DNA from: Cyanophora paradoxa CCMP329
Taxonomy: Eukaryota; Plantae; Glaucophyta
Length of the DNA stretch: 64,000 nt
Assembly: GCA_004431415.1 (NCBI GenBank)
Contig: QPMI01000160.1
Location: 1-64,000, forward strand
Direction: 5' to 3'
Shown here: positions 12,250 through 21,161 of the stretch, in pieces
How positions within the stretch are numbered: position 1 is the first letter of the stretch
Layout of the letters: each line of letters opens with the position of its first letter
Program-made: the position numbers and the translations under genes
Notes under the pieces: model-generated
Told to the model about the DNA's origin: nothing
Seen by the model: only the letters and a program-made list of their open reading frames with translations
Database searches by the model: none

Positions 12250-12635
12250 CCAGTGTCAAGGCCCCTAGCGGTCCGACAGCTGCATCTTATTCGAATTGCA
12301 CGCCGGCGCCATGCACGCTAGCGGTGGCCGCCGGCGCCATGCAAGCTAGCCGAACAGAGATTCTTGTGCACAGAGATTGGTAGCAGTATTGTCTTCTCGA
12401 ATTCGAATTCAGAGCGCCTTGGGGCATGGCTGCCGCGGCCGCGATCGCATAAATCGAAGAGTTGGAATTCTCCAGAGAACTATGTATGCGAAAACCATCG
12501 AAGAGTTAAAGTTTCCGAATACAATTACGTGCCCCCCCCTGCCCCGGCCCCGTTGAGGTTGGTTCCGAGGTTGAGGTGCTCAAGCTTCAGCTGCAGTATA
12601 CTATTGCGTGCTTGTTCAAAGGTACATGCAAGATG

Positions 12636-13525
12636 TCAAAAGTCATGCAAAATGTGCTTGCGTGCTTGTTCAGTGGCCTGCTTTTCTTTCAGGCGCTTGG
12701 AAATGTCCCTAAAGAACTCGAGGTCGCTGTTGCTGAGGCAGAGTCCGCAGAGGTCGCGAAGCGCTTCATCCACGGACGGATGAAGAGGATCGCAAACGCG
12801 GAAACCACCATCACAGAGCTGAAACATGCGCAGCGGGCTCTTCACCACTTGAAAACCTTCGAGGGTGACCATACAGATGTCCTCCCAGAGTCCCCTGTGC
12901 TCATGATCACTGGCTCTGTGAAAGCAAAATTTCTCGGGGTAAATTAAAACAGAAGGCCATGCGCACTGTTCAGGTCCAGATTCCCCTCCCCCTCCGACGG
13001 CAGAGATTCAATCAGGGTGGTGCAGTAATTCGTGTCCTCACCTTCTCCTTCGCGATCGCTGTCCTCGCCCGACTGGGGGAGGATGTCGAAGGCCCGCGAC
13101 TGCCGGTGGAGCTTGGCAATCCGAAGCGCCAAATTAGCGAAGGGCCGAACGTCCATAGGGAGTTCGTGCAAAGTGCTGGCACTTTCGATACCCAGGATGA
13201 TGGCGCATATGCACAGTGGGGATGATGGGTTCTCGACACAGGTACGACACGGAACCTCCTTTGGCCGCTCTTCCACTTCTTCGTCGTCGCTGAGAGCTCT
13301 TGCGTCGTTCTTGGCGGCTGCAGCCCGCTCCTCAGCCTTCCGCAGACGTCGATGAATCTCCGCCACCGCTTCCGCTGACGCTTGCTTCTCGAGCTGCCGC
13401 CGCGACGCCTCATCTCGCGCACGTTTCTCCGCACGCGCCGGGCCGCTTTCCTCCGTCTCAAGCTCATAATCAACCTCCTGTTCGCTCTCTTCGAGTTTGC
13501 GTTTCGTCTCCTCGTGTGCATTCAT
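12636..13525 (-). CDS. Hypothetical protein with acidic coiled-coil N-terminus and CxxC..CxC motif, divergent from copy E
   Basis: ORF 12944-13525 (MNAHEETKRKLEES...CRTC...CIC) with a probable second exon in 12636-12915; the splice phase is unresolved. The N-terminus is shared with the gene starting at 17016. Confidence 0.45.
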
Positions 13526-13529
13526 CCCT

Positions 13530-13844
13530 GAGAGACGCTACTGTCAAGGGAGGCCGCACGGACGCACGCGCAAGGCCGCTATATATGGGTGCGCATGCGG
13601 AAAGAAGGCATCCGGCGCACCTTTTCGAGCGCCACGTGCCACGCTTCCACGCCGACAGCACTTTGACCGCTTGCCCCGCCGACAGCACTTCGGACGCTAG
13701 CAGAACACAGCTCCAGATCCGGCGCTCCGGAAACCGCGACAGTGCTCCGGCGACTTTGCCCCGGCGACTTTGCCCCGGCGGCTTTGCCCGGGGGAACTTC
13801 CTGCCGGGGGGTACTCGTTCGACCACGCACCAGCAAGGCTCCAA
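13530..13844. promoter_or_regulatory. Conserved ~315-bp intergenic element, candidate bidirectional promoter, copy 1
   Basis: Near-identical to 17021-17337 and 19712-20015. Lies between the ATG of a minus-strand gene and the ATG of a plus-strand H3-tail gene. Contains 2x ccgacagcact and tandem 14-bp ctttgccccggcga units. Confidence 0.6.
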
Positions 13845-13888
13845 AGACGGCGGCGCTCGGTTCGCTCGCTGTCGGACTGCGTTCCAGA

Positions 13889-14518
13889 ATGCAGAAAGTA
13901 CCTCGAAAACAGCTCGCTACCAAAGCTGCAAGGAAGTCAGGAGTGACAGCGGGACAGCTGCGCATGCCGCCGACAGCAGAGCAGATCGCAGAGTCGGAAG
14001 TGCTGATTGCTCTATACGCGCCACGACCGCGGCTCGTGCACGGGGGCAGCTCAGTCGAGGTGCGGGTTCTCGGTGACTGCCGGCCTTCCCCGCTACGCGT
14101 CACTGAAAAGACGGGTGCACACGTGCAATTGCAACCCGGCATCGTTGCCCCTGATTGTGTGCCCTGATCTCAACAGGCAGGGCCAGTGCGCGTCAGGATA
14201 GATGTTTCTATGTCGTGGCAGACAGACCTTCTGATCCAGGCTTACTTCGACCTGGACTGCGAATGCAACTCTGTAGGCAATGTTAGCGGGCTTGCGCTCT
14301 ATTGGTACGATCCAGAAAGCCGTTGCTTCGAGCCGCCGGTGCAAGCGATCTTTGCTTCTTACCTTGATTTCTGATGCGGCATTCCCGAATTCACGCGTGC
14401 ATGTGCACAGGCGTCGAGTACAGGGCCATTCCCGGATGATTTGTTCTACGTCGCGAGGCATGAGGTGGTCCCGAAAATCGAGCACGTGCCCTTCCTGGCG
14501 ACCGTTTCCGGATCCTAG
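13889..14518 (+). CDS. H3-tail-like peptide + putative beta-grasp domain protein, copy E (intact)
   Basis: MQKVPRKQLATKAARKSG is 14/15 identical to H3 14-28. Introns 14115-14180 and 14339-14410. Ends PFLATVSGS*. Confidence 0.85.
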
Positions 14519-15176
14519 CCAGTGCAAATCCCCTAGGACCTAGTACGGGTCCGCAGCTGCATCTTATTCGTGGTCGCCGACGCCATGCGCACTAGCCAAA
14601 CACAGATTCTTCTGCACAGAGATTGCTGTATTGTTTTCTCGAATTCGAATTCTGAGTAGCAGGAGACGTGAACTATATAGTAGTCATGCTGGTCGCATTC
14701 GTCTCGGATCCAAGTCGAAGCCGGCGCCGTAGTGCAGCACGAATTTTGGAAATCCGAAACTTTACACAACGATTCAAATATATTTAACACATCATATTAC
14801 ACAACAAATCTACGACACGAACAGGATACCACTACGTATACACTCGGGCTACCAAGCCTTACCTAAGTTCTACATTACAAATTCTACCTGTACCGTTTCC
14901 TAGGAGCCTTACCTCCGCGGCCGGATCTTTAACAAGCTGCATGTCTGCGTGCATATGTACCTGACCTTCTGATTGCTATAACTATTCTAGCAATAGAGTT
15001 TTGGGGAGGCAAGGAAATGCTTAAGTCCGGATGGTAATAGTCTATTGGAAAGATATACCGTCTGTAAGCTTCGCTCTAGATCTGTTCGCTGGCTATATTT
15101 ATCGAGATTCCTGGTAGTGTACGTACTGCATAAGAGGGAACAGCGAATAGAAACCCTGCGTATACATTCAATTAAT

Positions 15177-15941
15177 TCATGTGTTGATTAACGTGCAATG
15201 GTTTTTACCTGCATGCGACACCAACATGTGCTTCTCGTCTTGTGCTGGTGCACGTGGAGCAGTTCTTGACGAGAGAGCTGTGTAATTCAAACTACTTTGT
15301 TTCAAGGCTCTCGAAGAACTTGGGATTGCGCTCTCGCATTTCGCAAACTGCAAGTGCATTTCGCAGAGATTATAAGGATTAGCAGAACGGACTCAATAAC
15401 ATATGTATGTGTGCGCACGATTTAGCTGGAAACTCAATCAATACCCTGGATCCGAATATACCGGTATCGATGCCGAACACATCACTGCGCGCGATATTTA
15501 GATCTTGAGTGTACCATGCACAAGAATGTCACGATGGGTTTTCTGTGCTGCCTTCACATAAGCCATGCCAGCTGCAGACGCTCGCGATTGAGCTGGAAAC
15601 TCAATCAATACCCTGGATCCGAATATACCGGTATCGATGCCGAACACATCACTGCAAGTGACACATAGCTAATCCCGGATACCCTCGCACCAGGAATCCA
15701 TTTGGACACTTTCACCCTGGTTCGAACATCTTGGCGAGCTTGGTTCTGGTTTGGTTTTTGATCTGTTTCTCCTCAATTCTGGTTTGACCGCAAAACTGCA
15801 TGTGCATGCACCTGTCATCGAAGATGCCGGTTGTCGACTTGTCGGCTCCCTTGTGGGCAGCGGCAACCCATGAATGTACGCGTGGAGAGCTTCATGTAGC
15901 TCAGCGATGGCGCTTTCTCGCCTAAAGCGCGCGCCTGCCAT
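15177..15941 (-). CDS. Multi-exon hypothetical gene with an HExxH motif and a duplicated exon start
   Basis: ELHEALHAY in ORF 15669-15941. The 65-bp direct repeat reads cag|T DVFGIDTGIFGSRVLIEFPA on the minus strand. Ends uncertain. Confidence 0.3.
15424..15655. repeat. Perfect 65-bp direct repeat pair
   Basis: agctggaaactcaatcaataccctggatccgaatataccggtatcgatgccgaacacatcactgc at 15424-15488 and 15591-15655. Confidence 0.95.
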
Positions 15942-16090
15942 TTGAGCGTCGTCAACTGCTAATGTCGACTCCGGCGATAGGCGAGGCGGAGGCGTGCACT
16001 ATTTAATTGAAGTCAGGGTTTCAGAGCTACTGAGGTAGCGCATTACATGTCGGCGCCGTAGTGCATAACGAGTGCCTGCCCTGATTGATT

Positions 16091-17016
16091 TCACAGGAAG
16101 GGGCCGTAGATGTGCTCCATGAAGGTGTTAAACCGTTGGAAAATCTTGTTGTAGGGTGGCAACTCGCCGCAAACGAACTTGAGGGGGTCCACGAGCCAGG
16201 GTACCTGGGTTGCAGATGGGCGGGGTCGAGGAAAGGGAGGGCGCTAGCTGGCCATGGCCGTGCCGCACCTCGGGCGACATGGTCATCGTGAGCAGCCCAC
16301 GCTTGCGAAGGTCCGACATAGTAGCATAGACGAGGGCCGACTCTGCGTTCTCCTCTGGGAACGGGTGCAGCGTGGTCTCGCCGACGAGGTGGATGTGCGC
16401 AACCTTCTCGACGAGGATATCCTGCAGCGATGCCGGAATGTCCTCGAGGCGGGCGCTGCGGGCTGCACTTAGTGCACGAGGCGGCGCTCGGAGCCGCGCG
16501 CACTTCTCAAGCCGCAATGCGACCGTGCGGGGCTGGTGGGCACGCAGGGTGGCCTCGATGATGGCCAGCCCCTCTGCCGGCAGCCGCTGCTTGGGCTTGA
16601 AGGTGCTCTGCTCCGGGTCCTGTGCCAATGGCAAGCCGGCTGGTCTGAGAAAACGAGCAAGAGGGCGCCGGCGGGCGGGCCGCACGACGATGCAGGCGGG
16701 GCTGGAGATTTCGAGAGTGACCACGGGCATCTCCTGCGCGCGTGGTTTAAATTTGTGGCCGAGCGAGCAAAGAATTCGAAGCGCGAGCGAGCAGACGCAC
16801 GCTGGATGTAGCGATATGAAGTGTGACCGCGCGTACTTCATCCTTTGCGTCCTTCGCATCATACGCATCTCCGGCACGCGGGCGCTTAATAGCGCTCATG
16901 CGACTTCGCTCCGGAAAGTTCGCCCCGGCGTCTTGGAAAGTCTCCAGCTGGCGTTTCTCCGCACGCTCCTGGCCGCTCTCTTCGAACTCGCGTTTCGTCT
17001 CCTCGTGTGCATCCAT
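16091..17016 (-). CDS. Multi-exon hypothetical protein, divergent from copy F
   Basis: MDAHEETKREFEES...KDE|EMPVVTLEISSP...TMSPE|VPWLVDPLKFVCGELPPYNKIFQRFNTFMEHIYGPFL*, joined by phase-0 GT-AG introns. Confidence 0.55.
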
Positions 17017-17020
17017 CCCT

Positions 17021-17337
17021 GAGAGACGCATCTGTCAAGGGAGGCCGCACGGACGCACGCGCAGCTTAACCCCGCCATGGCCATGGATGCGGAAAGAAGG
17101 CATCCGGCGCACCTTTTCGAGCGCCACGTGCCACGCTTCCACGCCGACAGCACTTTGACCGCTTGCCACGCCGACAGCACTTCGGACGCTAGCAGAACAC
17201 AGCTCCAGATCCGGCGCTCCGGAAACCGCGACTTCGCCCCGGCAAGTTTGCCCCGGCGACTTTGCCCCGGCGACTTTGCCCGGGGGAACTACGCGCAGGG
17301 GGGTACCCGTCCGACCACCACACTAGCAAGGCTCCAA
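17021..17337. promoter_or_regulatory. Conserved intergenic element, copy 2
   Basis: Near-identical to 13530-13844. Similarity with copy 3 extends to about 17528. Confidence 0.6.
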
Positions 17338-17515
17338 CGGCGGCACCCGGCGGTCGGAGAACTAGCTAGAGCACGCGATCTAGCTAGCTAGAGGCTTTAG
17401 CACCGCCGGCTACCTCGGCGGCGCTCGGTCTGAGCGTTCGGTACGCGGCCATCGGTCTCGAGCTCGAGACCACCAACTTGGCGCTCGTAGTTCGTTTGTA
17501 AAGTAGCTGAGATCG

Positions 17516-18165
17516 ATGCTTACCGCATGGGGAAAACGTATTCGAAAACAGCTCGTTACTTCACGGAAGCCGCGGTCGGCGCCACCAGTACCAGAGCCAA
17601 CAGAAGAGCAGGTCGCCGAGTCGGAAGCGCTGATTGCTCTGTACGCGCCGCGATCGCGGCTCGAGAACGCGGGCAGCTCTGTCGAGGTGCGCGTTCTCGG
17701 GGACTGCCGGCCCCTTCCGGTGGGCATCACTGATATGACAGGTGCGACCACGGTTGCATCGATGCCTTAAGCTTGTGCCCTAATCTAAACAGCGCAGGGC
17801 CTGTTAGATTGAAGATCTATGTTTCAGAGACGTGGCAGACAGATCTTCTGGAGGCTGCGTACCGTGAACTCGTCCGCAGCACATACCACGCGCACCCTGA
17901 TGCGCTGATGATGTATCGATACGACCCAGCAAGTCGGTGCTTCATTTACCTCGAGTTCTTTGCCGAGTACTTCGAGCCGGTGCAAGATATCTTTCCGTCT
18001 TCCCTCGATTTCTGATCATGATGCGGCATTCGCGAATTCACGCTTGCGCGTGCACAGAGGTCGAGTCCAGGGCCATCCCCGGATGATCTGTACTACGTCG
18101 CGAGGGATTCGGTGATCCCAGAAGTCGAGCACGCGCCCTTCCTGGCGACCGTTTTCGGATCCTAG
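17516..18165 (+). CDS. H3-tail-like peptide + putative beta-grasp domain protein, copy F (intact)
   Basis: GKRIRKQLVTSRKPRSAP versus H3 GKAPRKQLATKAARKSAP. Introns 17742-17797 and 17980-18057. Ends PFLATVFGS*. Confidence 0.8.
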
Positions 18166-18508
18166 CTATTGCCCGTTTCAAGGCCCCTAGCGGCCCGACA
18201 GCTGCATCTTATTCGAAGTCGTGGCCGCCGGCGCCATGCACGCTATAGCTAGCCGCTGAGCGGAACAGAGATTCGAATTCGTCTGCGCAGAGATTGCTGT
18301 ATTTTTCTTAATTCGAATCCTTTGCCGCAAATGAGCGTATCGGCCTTGGACAACGCTGCCGCGGAGCGCTAGCGGTCGCATAAATCGAAGAGTTCGAATT
18401 CTCTAGAGAGCCATGTATGCGAAAACCACTAGAGAATATACATGCTGGTCGAATTCGTATTCGAGACGAAGCCGGCGCCGTACGCGTAGTGCATCAGGAA
18501 TAATGAAG

Positions 18509-19634
18509 CTAGCTAGCACTATACGTCGCCATTGAGCGGATGTTTTCCAGAGCAATCATGGCTCGCATTCGCGACAGGTAGTTCGAGGCCTGCGCTCGTT
18601 CTCCGGATCCCCGCGGGAACTGGTCGCCCGCGAGGTAGAAGAAATCACCCGGTGATGGTCCCTGAGGTTTCGATGTCTGTGCACATGCACGCGCACGCGT
18701 GAATTCGCGGATCCGGAAGCCGCATCAGAAATCATCGTCAGACGCAAAGAAAGCTTGCACCGGCCGCTCGAATCCACTGGTTTCTGGGTTGAACCAATAC
18801 AGCGCTACATTGTTTTTCGGTACGAGAAACTCGCTGCACGCCCGCGCCAGCAGCGCGTCCGGCCACGACCCCGAATCCGGATCATTGACTTGCACAAGAT
18901 CTGCACAGGCCCATTAATTCTGTAAGAAATGTCTCTGAAACGGGATAAATGGGCACCTGACATAATTCTCCAATCGTCCGCTACAACATGCACCGCTACG
19001 GAGCTGTTTCCTTCATTAATATTCTCGACTGGTGGCGTCGCGCGCAGACAAAGGAGTCCGCGCGTGTCGAGCGGTGGCGGCACGAGCGAAGTTATATCTA
19101 GAGCATCGCTGTTCTGCGTCGCTGCCGTCGCTGGTGCCTTTGAGAAACGGGCGGCCAATCTTGCCAGGTATCGTGCGGGCTCCGCTCCCGGCGGAAATTG
19201 GTCGCCCGTGAGGTAGAAGAGATCGCCTGGAGATGGTCCCTGTGGTTTCGATGTCTGTGCGCATGCACGCGCACGCGTGAATTCGCGGAAGCCGCATCAG
19301 AAATCATCGTCAGACGCAAGGAACTTTCGCACCGGCCGCTCGAATCCATTGGTTTCTGGGTTGTACCAATACAGCGCTACATTGGATTTGGGCACGAAAT
19401 ACTCACGGCACACATCGGCCACTAACGCTTCCGGCCACGACTCCGAAACATTGATCGTGAATCGCACAGCCATGCCTCGCACAGGAACTGCACAGGGGTT
19501 TTCTATGGTATGGCATCCTGGTCGCAAAAGCGACAAGTACCTTGCGTCTCTTCAGGGTCCTGGATGCCCCACGGGTAGTACCGCAAGTCCGCGAAAACGC
19601 TCACCTCGACGGAGCGGTTTGGCTCCGCCGACAT
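18509..19634 (-). CDS. Tail-less family member G with two tandem copies of the putative beta-grasp domain
   Basis: MSAEPNRSVEVSVFADLR..|..VRFTINVSESWPEALVADVCREYF..NVALYWYNPETNGFERP|TSKPQGPSPGDLFYL, a linker, then SVAVHVVAD..|..SWPDALLARACSEFL..NVALYWFNPETSGFERP|TSKPQGPSPGDFFYL. Four introns lie at positions homologous to copies A-F, and the frame is continuous after splicing. Confidence 0.75.
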
Positions 19635-19711
19635 CGCAGTAGCGATCGCCGAGACCGCCGCGCCTGAAGAAGCAGCCGACTGCCTACTCCGCTGTCGGAG
19701 CTGCCCCGCGC

Positions 19712-20209
19712 GAGAGACGCTCCTGTCAAGGGAGGCCGCACGGACGCACGCGCAAGGCCGCTATGGGTGCGGAAAGAAGGCCTCCGGCGCACCTTTTCGA
19801 GCGCCACGTGCCACGCTTCCACGCCGACAGCACTTTGACCGCTTGCCACGCCGACAGCACTTGGACGCTAGCAGAACACAGCTCCAGATCCTGCGCTCCG
19901 GAAACCGCGACTTCGCCCCGGCAAGTTTGCCCCGGCGACTTTGCCCCGGCGACTTTGCCCGGGGGAACTACTCGCAGGGGGTACCCGTCCGACCACCGCA
20001 CCAGCAAGGCTCCAACGGCGGCACCCGGCGGTCGGAGAACTAGCTAGAGCACGCGATCTAGCTAGCTAGAGGCGTTAGCACCGCCGGCTACCTCGGCGGC
20101 GCTCGGTCTGAGCGTTCGGTACGCAACCATTGGCAGCCATCGGTCTCAAGAGCACCGATGTGGCAGCCGTACTTCGGTTGTAACGTAGCTGAAATCAATG
20201 CTTACCGCA
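19712..20209. repeat. Conserved intergenic element copy 3 plus the truncated start of an F-like gene
   Basis: Duplicates 17021-17528 up to atgcttaccgca, after which similarity is lost. Confidence 0.8.
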
Positions 20210-21161
20210 TTCAAAGCGCTGTGCGCTGCGCCCCAGCTCATAATGGTCGGGCCTGGGTGAAGTTGGCCGAGGTCGGGCCGCCCAACAACCTCCCCTTAAA
20301 AGCTGCAAATCGTCTCTAAACGACCTTTTAGAACACTTGAACCAGTCAAGGCAGCCCGCATGCGTCGCTCTCTTGACGAGTTGTGCTCGCATCCACGACG
20401 GACCACAGAAGCTACCGGGCCATCGGCGCTCAATGGATCCCATGCACTTATGCCTAGCTAAGCACATTTAGCACGGCAGCAGTGCTCCCCCGCGCGGCTT
20501 TCCTAGGTGGGGTAAAGACAGGTGTGGTAAAGTCAGCCCTAAGTGAGTGAAGTTGCAAGTTTACCATGTGGTAAACTTAATTCCTGGCTCCCAGTGTCCG
20601 AGTCCAGCCAGAAAGCTGTTCGCGATCGGCCAGGCCGCTGGCCAGTGCCCTATAGGCCTACTGTGCCAGCCGCGAGGGCGTCCGCGAGGCTTCGCCGTAC
20701 TTAGTGCTCCGCAGGAGCACGGATCTTGTTACTAATTATTTTGGGGTCTTAAATATTACCCGAGTTACAGTACGGTACATGTGCACCGCGGGCCGCGGCA
20801 CGTGGCACCAATGGACCGCCAAAACAAATTAAAAAGAGCGATGATCATCATGGCATGAACGGAATTAATTATAACGTACGTACGCCGCGTACCGTGTAAC
20901 ACTTAAATATGACGGCATCTGTGATGTCGTTTATAAAACCTGGACTCCCTTGCGTGAAATAAGACGCTCCCAAATTATGTCCCTATGAAATTCGAGGTTT
21001 GTATCAAATTGTATCAATTTGTATGGGGCGCGGAAATTTTGTATGGGCCAGTATCATGGCAGTATGGCGCCCAGGAATTATGGCGCTTCCAAATTATGTC
21101 GTTAATTATAGCAAAAATTCGGCGACATAATTTGGGGATGACATAATGAAGTGCGCGTCAT

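Noticed and set aside
12576-12947. Plus-strand ORF LGNVPKELEVAVAEAESAEVAKRF...
   Set aside because: It overlaps a minus-strand frame that has a splice acceptor and an upstream exon. I cannot decide the strand, so it is not called separately.
4843-18165. Calling the H3-like ORFs histone H3 genes or variants (e.g. CenH3)
   Set aside because: No histone-fold sequence (YRPG, EIRxYQ, FQRLVREI, RIRGE) follows any tail. An unrelated domain does.
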